Positions 50,159 to 60,723 of a stretch of 64,000 nucleotides of DNA are shown in pieces. The DNA is taken from contig CAYNHU010000001.1 of the NCBI GenBank assembly GCA_964397435.1, positions 209-64,208 of the forward strand, in the 5' to 3' direction. The notes beneath the pieces were generated by a model. The model made no database searches. It was not told the origin of the DNA and saw only the letters and a program-made list of their open reading frames with translations. The first letter of the stretch is position 1; each line of letters begins with the position of its first letter. A program made the translations under genes and the position numbers. The DNA is from an uncultured Candidatus Saccharibacteria bacterium. GTDB lineage: Bacteria > Patescibacteriota > Minisyncoccia > Phycocordibacterales > UBA9973.

Positions 50159-50184
50159 TAAAAAGCCAGCATAGCTGGCTTTTT
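50159..50184 (-). terminator. Terminator hairpin (aaaaagccagc-ata-gctggcttttt) downstream of clpB; conserved repeat family
   Basis: Read directly; compare with 42230-42255. Confidence 0.65.
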
Positions 50185-50195
50185 ATACTCTCATA

Positions 50196-52871
50196 TTATC
50201 CTTGCACTCGAGCTCGTGTCGCAATACTTGCAGGTTTGCGCACTTTGTTTTTCTTCATTTCGATTGAAAGTTCTCCGTTCTTTAATCCAACACTAACGCT
50301 ATCACCTTTCTTGATATTGTTTGAGATGATAAACGCAGCAACAGGATTGAGAATCTTTGACTGGATCAAACGATTGAGTGGTCGTGCTCCGTAATGCGGG
50401 TTGTAGCCTTCTTGTGCGAGATAGCCAAACGCATCATCGTTAATCTCAAGCGTAATACCTTTTGCGAGCAATCGTTCTTGAACAACAGCAACGCGGATAT
50501 TCACGATTTGTTTAATAACTTCTGGTGAGAGAACATCAAATATAACAATCTCATCAATGCGGTTCAAAAACTCTGGACGGAAGTGATCTTTCAAACTATC
50601 CATCACCTTGTCTTTGACTTGTTCGTACTGATGATTTCCACCACCTGAAGCGAAACCGATAGACTCCATTTTCTCAATAAACTGAGAACCAATGTTTGAA
50701 GTCATAATGATGATACTGTTTTTAAAGTTCACGATGCGTCCCTTTCCATCGGTCATGCGTCCGTCGTCGAGCACTTGAAGCAAGACGTTAAAGACTTCTG
50801 GGTGAGCTTTTTCAATTTCATCGAACAAAATAACTGAGTATGGACGGTGACGAATTGCTTCAGTCAACTGACCACTTTCATCGTGACCGACATAGCCTGG
50901 TGGTGAACCGAGTAATTTTGAAACACTGTGGCGTTCCATGTACTCACTCATATCAACACGAACCAATGCTTTTTCGTCGTTGAACATGAATTCAGCAAGT
51001 GCTTTTGTTAATTCTGTTTTACCAACACCAGTTGGACCGAGGAAGATAAATGAACCGATTGGTTTGTTAGGATCTGAAATACCTGCACGTGACCGTCGGA
51101 CAACATCAGCGATTTTCTTGATTGCATCTTCCTGACCAACTACACGCTTGCGAAGTTCGTCTTCCATGCGTTCGAGTTTCTGACGTTCCTCTTCGAGCAT
51201 TTTAACGAGTGGAATACCAGTCCAGCGAGACACAACTTCGGCAATGTCTTCTGCGGTGATTTCTTCTTTGAGAATGCGTCGAGATTTCTGAAGTTTTTTG
51301 AGACGAGCAAGTTTCTGATCGAGTTCTTTTTGAAGCGCAGGAATACGTCCATAACGAATTTCAGCTGCTTTGCCGAGATCAACACGGAGTTCTGCATTTT
51401 CTGCCTCGAGGCGGAAGGTGTCGAGTTCTTTTTTGATGCGGTGAATATCGCTCACAGTACCTTTTTCGTTCTGCCATTTAAGCTGCAATTCTTGCACTTT
51501 TTCGTGAAGATTACCGAGTTCTTTTTCAATCTCTTTCACACGAGCTTTTGCTTCTTTGTTGTCAGCGGCTTCGCGCTTCAATGCTTCACGTTCAATTTCA
51601 AGACGAGTGACTTTACGTTCTGTTTCTTCAAGTATTTCTGGCTTGTTTTCAAGTGCCATACGAAGTGCAGAAGACGCTTCATCAATCAAATCAACTGCTT
51701 TGTCAGGAAGATATCGGTTTGTGATGTAACGTGACGAAAGTGTCACTGCAGCAACGATTGCATCATCAGTGATGCGAACACCGTGGTAAATTTCATATTT
51801 TGGTTTGAGGCCACGTAAAATTGCAGTTGCATCTTCGGCACTTGGTTCATCAACATACACTGGCTGGAAACGACGTGCGAGCGCAGGATCTTTTTCGATA
51901 TGTTTCTGGTATTCCTTGAGTGTTGTTGCACCAATTGCACGAAGTTCGCCGCGAGCAAGTGCAGGCTTGAGCATATTTGATGCATCAAGTGAACCTTCAG
52001 AAGCACCTGCACCAACGATGGTGTGAATTTCGTCAACGAAGAGAATTACTTTGTTGTCTGATTTTTCAATCTCTTTCATGATTGCTTTCAAGCGGTCTTC
52101 AAATTCACCGCGGTATTTTGTACCAGCAAGCAAAAGACCAAGATCAAGTGACACAATCTCTTTGTCTTTGAGAGATTCTGGCGCATCGCCTTTGGCGATG
52201 CGCTGTGCAAGCCCTTCAACAACCGCAGTCTTACCTGTTCCCGCTTCACCAATCAAAATTGGATTATTTTTTGTACGTCGAGAAAGGATCTGCATGATGC
52301 GCATAATTTCAGCATCGCGACCAATCACAGGATCAAGTTTATCTTGACGTGCGAGTGTTGTGAGGCTACGTGTATATTTTGCAAGCTGTCGTGTTTTCTT
52401 TGAGCTTGAAATTTCAGCTCCACCTTGTGTGCGAAATTCTTCGACAACTTTTATAACAGTGTCTTTCTGAATTTTAAATCGTGAGAGAATGTGACGCGCT
52501 TCACTATCAACTTCAAGAATCGCGATGAAAAGATGCTCAGTTGAAACAAATTCATCTTTCATAGTTGCGGCAACTTTACTTGAAAGTTCAATCACTTGTG
52601 CGAGATCTGGTGTAAGGTAAATCTGATATGACGGAGAAATAGTGCTGTTTGTTCCAGGAATTTCGATTGCTTCCAAAATAGAATCAGTCAAAAGAGCCGT
52701 ATCAATTTCGAGACGGTCGAGAATAGAAAGAACCATTGATTCTTCCTGAAGCAACAATGCTGCAAGTAAATGAATCGAATTTACATGGTTCTGGCCACGT
52801 TCAATAGCGAGTTCATGACTCTTGCGAATTGCTTCCTTTGCTTTGGTTGTGAAATGATTAAATGGTGGCAT
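50196..52871 (-). CDS. clpB: ATP-dependent chaperone ClpB (two AAA+ modules, middle coiled-coil)
   Basis: Clp N-domain, Walker A x2 ([16 protein letters not shown]), long M-domain; 891 aa. Confidence 0.92.
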   Translation of the reverse strand: MPPFNHFTTKAKEAIRKSHELAIERGQNHVNSIHLLAALLLQEESMVLSILDRLEIDTALLTDSILEAIEIPGTNSTISPSYQIYLTPDLAQVIELSSKVAATMKDEFVSTEHLFIAILEVDSEARHILSRFKIQKDTVIKVVEEFRTQGGAEISSSKKTRQLAKYTRSLTTLARQDKLDPVIGRDAEIMRIMQILSRRTKNNPILIGEAGTGKTAVVEGLAQRIAKGDAPESLKDKEIVSLDLGLLLAGTKYRGEFEDRLKAIMKEIEKSDNKVILFVDEIHTIVGAGASEGSLDASNMLKPALARGELRAIGATTLKEYQKHIEKDPALARRFQPVYVDEPSAEDATAILRGLKPKYEIYHGVRITDDAIVAAVTLSSRYITNRYLPDKAVDLIDEASSALRMALENKPEILEETERKVTRLEIEREALKREAADNKEAKARVKEIEKELGNLHEKVQELQLKWQNEKGTVSDIHRIKKELDTFRLEAENAELRVDLGKAAEIRYGRIPALQKELDQKLARLKKLQKSRRILKEEITAEDIAEVVSRWTGIPLVKMLEEERQKLERMEDELRKRVVGQEDAIKKIADVVRRSRAGISDPNKPIGSFIFLGPTGVGKTELTKALAEFMFNDEKALVRVDMSEYMERHSVSKLLGSPPGYVGHDESGQLTEAIRHRPYSVILFDEIEKAHPEVFNVLLQVLDDGRMTDGKGRIVNFKNSIIIMTSNIGSQFIEKMESIGFASGGGNHQYEQVKDKVMDSLKDHFRPEFLNRIDEIVIFDVLSPEVIKQIVNIRVAVVQERLLAKGITLEINDDAFGYLAQEGYNPHYGARPLNRLIQSKILNPVAAFIISNNIKKGDSVSVGLKNGELSIEMKKNKVRKPASIATRARVQG

Positions 52872-52912
52872 ATATATACTTTACAATATTAAAAATATTT
52901 GTCAATACTTAC

Positions 52913-53752
52913 CTATTTCGCACTGGTAGGTGATGCATTTGCTGTGGTAATCGCACTCGCAATATAGTCTGGCGGATAGATATGGACCGAGCCTGTGTCG
53001 TCGAGCGCAACGATACCAATCAGGAGACCATCACTACTTAGTACGGGAGCACCATCAAATTTGGTGCTAATAGTATCGCTCAGTGTAATTTCATTTTTAG
53101 TCACCTGCGTAACAGTAGTTTTAACAAATTTACCACCGAGACCAACAACGAGTGCTGTCTGCCCTATTTTCGGAGTTGCACCGACACCATCTGATTTAAG
53201 TTCTGAAAACGCGGCTGTTTTTTCACCTTGTCTCAAAACAAGAACAGTAAGGTCAACATCCTTGTTGTAAGTGCTACTATTGATTGGATACGTATTACCG
53301 GCAATAACAACAAAGTCTTTTGGTGTCACAGTATAATTTCCAGATGTAATGAATTTACCTTTTGCGTCAACGAGTACACCTTGTGAAATGAGCACTGTTT
53401 GTTCACCCGAAGACAGAACACTCGGATCTGCTGTTGGATCGTTTGCGGCAGGTGTCGTTGTTATCTTTGTATAGATTGCACCTGTTTGTTTAAATCCACG
53501 ATTGAGGGATTCTGCAACAAGATCATCTTCTTTGATGATAATTGTTTTTTGCTGCGTTGGTATCTGTGTGGCAACAGAATTAGGAACGGTTGTTTCGATA
53601 GTTCGTTCAATTACCTGATTGATAACTGAACTCACTGCTGGAGATTCTTGTAATAGGTACACAGTAACAATACCTGTTGCAATTGAGGTAACAAAAGAAA
53701 TGAGGAGCGTGAGGAGCACGAGCTGGTAGTTGTTCAAATCTTTCAAGTCCAT
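52913..53752 (-). CDS. Secreted trypsin-fold (HtrA-like) protein with substituted catalytic triad (likely inactive)
   Basis: 279 aa; N-terminal TM; the segment aligning to HtrA YIVTNAHVV reads FITSGNYTV (His to Tyr); DLTVLVL keeps the Asp; the GNSGGP position reads FDGAPV (Ser to Asp). Confidence 0.4.
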   Translation of the reverse strand: MDLKDLNNYQLVLLTLLISFVTSIATGIVTVYLLQESPAVSSVINQVIERTIETTVPNSVATQIPTQQKTIIIKEDDLVAESLNRGFKQTGAIYTKITTTPAANDPTADPSVLSSGEQTVLISQGVLVDAKGKFITSGNYTVTPKDFVVIAGNTYPINSSTYNKDVDLTVLVLRQGEKTAAFSELKSDGVGATPKIGQTALVVGLGGKFVKTTVTQVTKNEITLSDTISTKFDGAPVLSSDGLLIGIVALDDTGSVHIYPPDYIASAITTANASPTSAK

Positions 53753-53798
53753 ATGCCAAGTATACCATGGCAGTCAAGTGGAGCGAAGAACTACCGTA

Positions 53799-55004
53799 TT
53801 AGGCTTTGAGAAGCTTTAGTATGTCAAACAGCGATTTCAAGAAATAGTCAATTTCCTTTTTCGTCGTACCTCTACCAAAGCTAATGCGCACACTTCCAGC
53901 TTCAACATCAGCATCTTTGAGGTTGAGTGCGCTGATAACATGTGAAGGTTCCGCATCGGTACTTTTACATGCACTTTTTACTGAAGCGCACACACCTCGC
54001 GCATCGAGATAGATAACAATCATTTCCCCGTTATAACCAGGAATAGTGAAGTTAATATTGTTTGGTAAACGTGATGCTATACCACCGTTAATACGAATGT
54101 GATATGGGAGTTTCTGTAATTTTGAAATTGTGTAGTTTTGTAATGTTGCAAGACGCGCGCTTTCTTTGGCGCGAAGTTTGTCAGCAAGGACAACCGCTTC
54201 AGCAAACGCGAGCAATGCAGGAAGTGCTTCTGTTCCAGGACGGAGTCCGAATTCCTGATCACCACCAAATAATATCGGCGCGATCGGTGTGCCACGTTTT
54301 ACAAATAATGCACCCGTGCCTTTTGGGCCGTACAATTTTGAGCCGTTCAATGTGAGTAAATCAACACCCATTTTTTCAACAGCAATTGGAATATAGTTCA
54401 GCGCCTGACTCGCATCTGTGTGGAGTAATGGATAGCGCGCGCCGACACGATCATCCGACTCTTTGTGTCGGCGCGCGTGGCGAACCTCTTTTGCAATATC
54501 CATAACCGGCTCAATCGTACCAATCTCATTGTTCGCAAGCATGACAGACACCAAAATGGTTTCGGGACGAATAAGCTTTCGGAGTGCTGTTACTGAAACC
54601 TGTCCAGTATGATCAACAGGAAGTACTGAAACATCAACACCTTCATCACGCAGCACCTGTGCAGTACTCATAACAGCAGCGTGTTCAATTGATGACACAA
54701 TGATGTGTGGTTGAATAGTTGGATGCTTTTGTTTGAATGCACGAACAACACCAAGCAGCGCAAGGTTGTCACTTTCAGTACCACCAGAAACAAAGACAAT
54801 CTCGTCACTGTGCGCGCCAAGCACCTGCGCAACCTTACCACGCGCTTCATCAAGCACACGGCGAGCAGCAACACCAAGACCATGAATAGCACTTGGATTT
54901 GCAAAATAACGCTTGGTTGCAACCGTAAGCACACGAAGTACTCGCGGATCAACTGGCGTTGCCGATGCGTAATCAAAATAAATTGTCGGTTTTTGGGTTT
55001 TCAT
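53799..55004 (-). CDS. iscS: Cysteine desulfurase (class V aminotransferase, NifS/IscS-like)
   Basis: PLP-Lys region and catalytic Cys loop; start taken at MKTQKPTIYFD. Confidence 0.85.
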   Translation of the reverse strand: MKTQKPTIYFDYASATPVDPRVLRVLTVATKRYFANPSAIHGLGVAARRVLDEARGKVAQVLGAHSDEIVFVSGGTESDNLALLGVVRAFKQKHPTIQPHIIVSSIEHAAVMSTAQVLRDEGVDVSVLPVDHTGQVSVTALRKLIRPETILVSVMLANNEIGTIEPVMDIAKEVRHARRHKESDDRVGARYPLLHTDASQALNYIPIAVEKMGVDLLTLNGSKLYGPKGTGALFVKRGTPIAPILFGGDQEFGLRPGTEALPALLAFAEAVVLADKLRAKESARLATLQNYTISKLQKLPYHIRINGGIASRLPNNINFTIPGYNGEMIVIYLDARGVCASVKSACKSTDAEPSHVISALNLKDADVEAGSVRISFGRGTTKKEIDYFLKSLFDILKLLKA

Positions 55005-55048
55005 ATACATTGCTAAAGCACTGTTTTTATTATATACTTTGTGCCTGT

Positions 55049-55504
55049 ATGGATCTAGACACAATACTCATTTATACGCTTATTGCAACTAATCTCCTTA
55101 CTCTCATATGGCTCATCTATACCGAACTTCGGTTACGACGAGTTTTTAGAGGCAAGCAGACACAAGATCTTGAGCATGTTTTACGTGCCATACAGCACGG
55201 TTTGACCGGTATCGAATCAACACACAGCGAAATCAAATCACGCCTCCTTGGTGCTGAAAAACGTCTCGCTCGCTCGATTCGTAACATCAAAACAATTCGT
55301 TTCAATCCTTTTACTGATTCAGGAAGCAACCAAAGTTTTGCTACTGCAATTATAGACGATCATGGCGACGGAGTCATTCTTTCAAGTCTCTACTCCCGCG
55401 AACGCGTCAGTATTTTTGCAAAACCAATCGTTAAAGGTAAACCATTGTACGATCTAACCGAAGAAGAACAAACCGTTTTGAACCAATCATACAATAATGA
55501 GTAA
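55049..55504 (+). CDS. Hypothetical membrane-anchored protein upstream of infB
   Basis: about 150 aa from MDLDTIL; one N-terminal TM helix; 8-nt overlap with infB. Confidence 0.45.
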   Translation: MDLDTILIYTLIATNLLTLIWLIYTELRLRRVFRGKQTQDLEHVLRAIQHGLTGIESTHSEIKSRLLGAEKRLARSIRNIKTIRFNPFTDSGSNQSFATAIIDDHGDGVILSSLYSRERVSIFAKPIVKGKPLYDLTEEEQTVLNQSYNNE

Positions 55505-57017
55505 CACAGCATCTACAGCTTCAAACACATCACGATCACCAGTTGTGGTAATCATGGGACACATCGACCACGGCAAGTCGACGCTTCTTGACTATATCCG
55601 CAAATCAAACATTGTTGCCGGTGAAGCTGGTGGTATCACACAACACCTTTCTGCATACGAAGTACCACACAAAGACGAACACGGTGTACAGCGAACCATT
55701 ACATTTCTTGATACTCCAGGCCACGAAGCATTCTCAAAAATGCGCGCTCGTGGAACAAAAACAGCCGACATCGCTATTCTCGTTGTATCAGCAGAAGACT
55801 CAGTCAAAGCACAGACACTCGAAGCATGGGAAACAATTGTCGCCAGTGGCATTCCCTACATTGTTGCAATCAACAAAATTGATAAACCAGGCGCAAACGT
55901 AGAAAAAACAAAACTTGATCTCACAGAAAAAGGAATTTACCTCGAAGGTTACGGCGGTGATGTTCCCTACGCAGAAATTTCAGCTAAACAAGGAACAAAC
56001 GTAGACACACTGCTCGATTTGATTCTCTTGGTTGCAGACATGCACAACCTAACTGGAAACAAAGCGCTCCCAGCGACTGGTACAGTTATCGAATCACACC
56101 TTGATCCAAAACGTGGCATTGCAGCAACATTGATCATCAAAAACGGTTCTATTAAAAAAGGAGACTTTATCGTCGTTGAAGACTCTATCGTTGGTACCCG
56201 TATTCTTGAAAATTTCCTCGGCAAAGCAATTACTGAGGCATCGTTCTCATCTCCAATCCACGTGACAGGTTTCAATAAGCAACCACCTGTCGGTAGCGCA
56301 TTTGAAGTATGCGCATCAAAAAAAGAAGCTGAGCAAAAAGCTCGCGATTGGCAAGACCTCAAACGAGAATTCGCTGAACCAGCAGAACTTCCAACAGAGA
56401 CAAGTGAGGAAATCAAACTCGTTCCCCTCATCATCAAATCAGATGTTGCAGGAACACTTGATGCAATTGAAAAAGAAATTCGCAAAGTAGAATTACCAAA
56501 CTCAAAATTCAAAATTCTCGACAAGGGTGTTGGTGCTATCGGCGAAAGTGATATCCGCCTCGCAAGTTCAGACAAAGAAAGTATCATCGTTGGTTTTAAT
56601 GTAAAAATGGATCCACGTGCTCGAGACCTTAACGAAAAAGAACACGTGCTCGTACAGACATTTGAAATTATCTACAAACTCTCAGACTTCCTCAAAGAAG
56701 AAATTTACAACCGTCGCCCACGCATTACCACCCTCGAACCAACAGGTAGCGCAAAGGTGCTCAAATTCTTCTCAGCAACAAAAGACAAACAGGTTGTTGG
56801 CGCTAAAGTTATCAACGGAACACTCAACGGAAACTCACAGGTTCGCATTCTTCGACGAGATAGCGAAATCTGTCGCGCACATATTATTGAATTGCAGCAC
56901 AACAAGGTAAAAATCAAGACAGTCGAGGAAGGTATGGAATTCGGTATGCTCATCGAAGCAAAAACTGAACTCGCTGCTGGTGATGTTATTGAAGCTTTTA
57001 CACTTATCGAAAAATAA
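55497..57017 (+). CDS. infB: Translation initiation factor IF-2 (short form, G-domain onward)
   Basis: G1-G4 motifs ([18 protein letters not shown]), beta-barrel domains; 506 aa. Confidence 0.9.
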   Translation: MSNTASTASNTSRSPVVVIMGHIDHGKSTLLDYIRKSNIVAGEAGGITQHLSAYEVPHKDEHGVQRTITFLDTPGHEAFSKMRARGTKTADIAILVVSAEDSVKAQTLEAWETIVASGIPYIVAINKIDKPGANVEKTKLDLTEKGIYLEGYGGDVPYAEISAKQGTNVDTLLDLILLVADMHNLTGNKALPATGTVIESHLDPKRGIAATLIIKNGSIKKGDFIVVEDSIVGTRILENFLGKAITEASFSSPIHVTGFNKQPPVGSAFEVCASKKEAEQKARDWQDLKREFAEPAELPTETSEEIKLVPLIIKSDVAGTLDAIEKEIRKVELPNSKFKILDKGVGAIGESDIRLASSDKESIIVGFNVKMDPRARDLNEKEHVLVQTFEIIYKLSDFLKEEIYNRRPRITTLEPTGSAKVLKFFSATKDKQVVGAKVINGTLNGNSQVRILRRDSEICRAHIIELQHNKVKIKTVEEGMEFGMLIEAKTELAAGDVIEAFTLIEK

Positions 57018-57021
57018 TCAC

Positions 57022-57339
57022 ATGGACGCACACAAAGAAAAACTTGAAGAACAGATTCGCCGACTCACTGCTGAGTTTCTTGAACGTGAGAGTAACCGTG
57101 ACGCACTCGTCACAGTAACACAAGCAATCCTCTCCCCTGATACCAAAAACGCGACTGTCTACATCTCAGTGTTACCTGAGACAAAAGAAAAAGCCGTTCT
57201 TGATTTCGCAAAACGACTTCGCCCAGAAATGCGCACCTACCTCAAAGAGCACATGCGCTCACGCATGATTCCGTTTATCGAAGTAGAAATTGATCTTGGT
57301 GAGAAACATCGACAAAAGATTGATAATTTATTAAGATAA
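57022..57339 (+). CDS. rbfA: Ribosome-binding factor A
   Basis: KH-like RbfA fold; infB-rbfA synteny; start taken at MDAHKEK. Confidence 0.8.
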   Translation: MDAHKEKLEEQIRRLTAEFLERESNRDALVTVTQAILSPDTKNATVYISVLPETKEKAVLDFAKRLRPEMRTYLKEHMRSRMIPFIEVEIDLGEKHRQKIDNLLR

Positions 57340-57354
57340 CACGGTAAGCGACAC

Positions 57355-57426
57355 GACCTAGTCGCCAAGTGGTAAGGCAAGGGTCTGCAAAACCCTTATA
57401 CGGCGGTTCGATTCCGCCCTAGGTCT
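57355..57426 (+). tRNA. tRNA-Cys (anticodon GCA)
   Basis: Cloverleaf by eye: anticodon loop CTGCAAA, U73 discriminator, T-arm GGCGG-TTCGATT-CCGCC. Confidence 0.8.
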
Positions 57427-57452
57427 CACTGAGCGTCTGTGACACTCAATAT

Positions 57453-57536
57453 GCCCAGATGATGAAACTGGTAGACATAGGGGACTTAAAATCCCCAGGC
57501 AGCAATGCCGTGTGGGTTCGATTCCCACTCTGGGCA
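57453..57536 (+). tRNA. tRNA-Leu (anticodon UAA)
   Basis: Cloverleaf by eye: anticodon loop CTTAAAA, long variable arm; 84 nt; no intron. Confidence 0.85.
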
Positions 57537-57607
57537 CGTTACATTGATTATATAAATCTTTATTTATATTTTATAAGTATTTTTTGAGTGTATTATAAAA
57601 TACACTT

Positions 57608-58057
57608 ATGGCACACAGAAAAGGGAAAGTTCAAATCACCTGGAATGCCAATTTTGCCTATGTGCTTGGTATTATTGCTGCTGATGGAAATCTTTCTCCT
57701 GACGGCAGGCATATCAATATCACATCAAAAGATTACGAACTGGTTTTAAAATGCAAAAAATCTCTCGGTTTAAAAAATAAAATCGGCCGCAAGGCACGAG
57801 GAGGATCAATAAATAAAAAATATTCTGTTCTTCAATTTGGTGATATTGTTTTCTATAATTTTCTGATCAAGATTAGTTTTACTCCAAATAAATCACGTAC
57901 ACTCTCAAAAATACAACTGCCTCAACAATATTTCAGAGATTTTTTACGTGGATGTATTGATGGCGATGGAAGTATTAGTATTTCCAGACATCCTGAAAGT
58001 AATCATGATCAATATAAGATACGTCTTTGCTCAGGTAGCAGAAAATTTTTAGTTTGA
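57608..58057 (+). CDS. LAGLIDADG-family homing endonuclease, two-motif monomeric type, apparently truncated by an in-frame TGA (frame stays open to 58252)
   Basis: Motif 1 LGIIAADGNL and motif 2 LRGCIDGDGSIS; after TGA at 58055 the same frame continues for 64 codons into tRNA-Leu(UAG); AT-rich. Confidence 0.65.
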   Translation: MAHRKGKVQITWNANFAYVLGIIAADGNLSPDGRHINITSKDYELVLKCKKSLGLKNKIGRKARGGSINKKYSVLQFGDIVFYNFLIKISFTPNKSRTLSKIQLPQQYFRDFLRGCIDGDGSISISRHPESNHDQYKIRLCSGSRKFLV

Positions 58058-58237
58058 GTATTACAACAATGCAGAGAGATGTGTTCACCTATTAAAGGTT
58101 CAATACACCCACAAAATCAATCAAATATACATATACTCGTATTTGCCAAACATGATAGTGTAAAAATGTTACGTTGGATATATCATGAAAATGTGGTATG
58201 TTTATCAAGGAAAAAGAACGTAGCAGACAGAATTTTA

Positions 58238-58321
58238 GGGCAAGTGGCGTAATTGGTAGCCGCACTGCGCTTAGGACGCAGCGAGAGTAATCTCATGGGA
58301 GTTCGAGTCTCCCCTTGCCCA
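58238..58321 (+). tRNA. tRNA-Leu (anticodon UAG)
   Basis: Cloverleaf by eye: anticodon loop CTTAGGA, long variable arm; 84 nt. Confidence 0.85.
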
Positions 58322-58382
58322 CAAACACAAAAAAGATTGAATTTTCTGTGTTTTCGTGTATACTTAAAAACGTTTTAGTACT

Positions 58383-58455
58383 GCGCCCGTAGCTCAGATG
58401 GTAGAGCAGCTCCCTTTTAAGGAGATGGTCGGAGGTTCGATCCCTCCCGGGCGCA
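58383..58455 (+). tRNA. tRNA-Lys (anticodon UUU)
   Basis: Cloverleaf by eye: anticodon loop CTTTTAA, T-arm GGAGG-TTCGATC-CCTCC; 73 nt. Confidence 0.85.
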
Positions 58456-58530
58456 CACCCAAAAAACACAATAAAAAAGAAGCACTAGCGAGGGCTAATG
58501 CTTCTGTGTTTTAAAAATTTTGTATCCTTA

Positions 58531-60216
58531 CTACTTTTTCTTTTTTTTACTCAATATCGCTGTTGCGATCTGAGTAATAGTAGCAAGTGTGTTCGGGTCA
58601 AGACCCTTAACATCAAAGTTCTCTTTCGAAATATCAAGCCAGATTCTAGCTCGTTTTTCTACCTCAGCCTCATTAAGACCAGGGAAAGAACGCTTAATTA
58701 CATCCTTAACCTGTGTTAACTCTGACTGGAGCGCCATCGCATCCTTCAGCTTACCAACAAATAAAGGTTGGCTCATTGAAGAAAAGACATACAGTTTTAC
58801 ACCGATTGTTGCAAGAGCACCCCTCACAATCTTATCTACCTCATTACATAAAGCAAATGATTCCTGATCATCAGGATCGTTTTTGTCCACATCCGGTAAA
58901 TTTCTTTTAACAATCGTTAGGGCTTCGTCTAAGCTCTTTTTTCTAGCTACAATACCAATTGCCTTGTAGTACTCGTTACGAATCATCTCGTTGAAATCCT
59001 CAGTTTTTGCACCTGGGAATCTCATAATCCAGTCAACGTTAGTATCCATAGGATACACCAAGAATTCAAACTCTCTAATTCTAATAAAGGTGTTGCCTTT
59101 AAACATGAAAGTTACTTTTTCTGGGTCGTTAGATGGATTAAGTTTCTCTTTCCGCTTATCTAAGTTTACATCTGGGTTACCACCTTGCGAATCAGGTATA
59201 CCTAAAATGTAGAACCATGGCATTACCCAACCTTCACCTTGGTGAAATTGTGCTACTTGTGCTTGACTGAATCTTGATAGAATCAGTTTAATCACATGCG
59301 GATCAACACTCACACCACCTAAGTAGATTAAGTAAGTAAAGAAAGCGAAACTCATAAACGGTATGAGGGCATACAAAGCATCTGTACCATCATTTACTGA
59401 CAAGGTTCTAAGTGTAACAAACATTGTCGCTAACGATAGTACTAGTACAAACAGAAACCCGTAGTTAAAACCATTGTTGTCTGTAGCGTGATCATGATCA
59501 TGGCCATTGTGGTGACCACTACCATGATGTCCATCATGGTCATCATGACCGTCTTTTACCCCAAATCTAGCTTTCACTAGAAACTTAGGAGAAAATTTTA
59601 CGAGCAAGGCAACAATGATCAGGAATACCATTACAGTTACCACTGTGAACGTTATCCAGCTCAAAATACGGCTTGTTGGATTATCACTGCTCTGAGTTGC
59701 GTCAGTGATAAAACCAGTTGTGCCTGCTTCAAGTGCAGGGTTAGAAAAATCAATCGAACAACCATCATAGGTAGAACACCTGCCGAAACCAATCGTAACT
59801 GGTTTGGTGCCGGTATTTGTAAAAAGTACAAATTCTGTTCCATAACGAAGATCGCTATTCCCTTTGTCGTCAACAGCCGTTAAGCCATCTTCTCCATTTG
59901 GGAAATCGTATGGGTAGTACTCTTTCGGGTTATCGTTTGCTTTAAACGTCACACCGGGTATAAGAGTGTAGTAATGGTACTGACCAACTGACATTTCAGT
60001 TGGTAAGTATACTTCTGCATCTTCTGACACAAGAGTACCTCGGCCAATAACCGTGTGCATTATTACTTTTTTCTCACCACCGAAAATCATCCAAGCTGCT
60101 ATCAGTAAAAATACGATAAAGATAACTGCTGTGATTGTGGTGTAAAAAGAAGAATGTTTAGTAGTGTCTCCACCACCATGTCCGTGGTCGTCATGACCTT
60201 CTGCGTGTGCGCTCAT
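58531..60216 (-). CDS. His-rich polytopic membrane protein (4 TM) with large extracytoplasmic and cytoplasmic domains; unknown function
   Basis: 561 aa; His/Asp-rich tracts at N-terminus (HAEGHDDHGHGGG) and in a loop (GHDDHDGHHGSGHHNGHDHDH), suggesting metal binding. Confidence 0.55.
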   Translation of the reverse strand: MSAHAEGHDDHGHGGGDTTKHSSFYTTITAVIFIVFLLIAAWMIFGGEKKVIMHTVIGRGTLVSEDAEVYLPTEMSVGQYHYYTLIPGVTFKANDNPKEYYPYDFPNGEDGLTAVDDKGNSDLRYGTEFVLFTNTGTKPVTIGFGRCSTYDGCSIDFSNPALEAGTTGFITDATQSSDNPTSRILSWITFTVVTVMVFLIIVALLVKFSPKFLVKARFGVKDGHDDHDGHHGSGHHNGHDHDHATDNNGFNYGFLFVLVLSLATMFVTLRTLSVNDGTDALYALIPFMSFAFFTYLIYLGGVSVDPHVIKLILSRFSQAQVAQFHQGEGWVMPWFYILGIPDSQGGNPDVNLDKRKEKLNPSNDPEKVTFMFKGNTFIRIREFEFLVYPMDTNVDWIMRFPGAKTEDFNEMIRNEYYKAIGIVARKKSLDEALTIVKRNLPDVDKNDPDDQESFALCNEVDKIVRGALATIGVKLYVFSSMSQPLFVGKLKDAMALQSELTQVKDVIKRSFPGLNEAEVEKRARIWLDISKENFDVKGLDPNTLATITQIATAILSKKKKK

Positions 60217-60391
60217 TGTTTATTTATTGTTTTTAAGTTACTGGGCATAAAATGTACCCATTAGTACTATTATATCAGATTTTAGTGCTTTAGTCAAGGG
60301 CAAGAGAGGCTTGGTATATAAGGGTAAAAATACAAAAGCGCCCCGCATAGCGGGGCGCTTTTTAAGCTCTATAAACCTCACTACTGAGAGT

Positions 60392-60718
60392 TTATTGAGG
60401 AAGTACGATAGGTGTTCCTGGTGGGCCTTGAATCCCGAATGTATTGATGATTAATCGCATAATGCCAAAGACTGACACCATAATCAATAAACCAACCAAA
60501 CCCCAGAAAATATGTCGCTTACCGTCCATGACCGCCTTTTCTTCCCCACCACCTTGATTCATGAGAAATTCAACAATTCCCCAAATGAACACAAGGAGTG
60601 CGAGTGCCATCATAAATACGATAATCGGATTTATGATTTGTGTACCGAGACGATAAATCAATGTATCGATCGTTACAGCATGCGCGATATGAGTACTGGT
60701 AAACCACCATCCAAACAT
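60392..60718 (-). CDS. Pilin-like two-helix membrane protein, paralog 1 (minimal form)
   Basis: 108 aa; hydrophobic helix, GGGEEKAVMDGKRH loop, hydrophobic helix. Confidence 0.5.
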   Translation of the reverse strand: MFGWWFTSTHIAHAVTIDTLIYRLGTQIINPIIVFMMALALLVFIWGIVEFLMNQGGGEEKAVMDGKRHIFWGLVGLLIMVSVFGIMRLIINTFGIQGPPGTPIVLPQ

Positions 60719-60723
60719 ATAAA

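Noticed and set aside
57608-58252. Possibility that the in-frame TGA indicates an alternative genetic code (UGA=Gly, as in some CPR lineages)
   Set aside because: Long conserved genes (uvrA 869 aa, topA 746 aa, clpB 891 aa) are uninterrupted under the standard code, so UGA is a stop here; the LAGLIDADG interruption is gene-specific.
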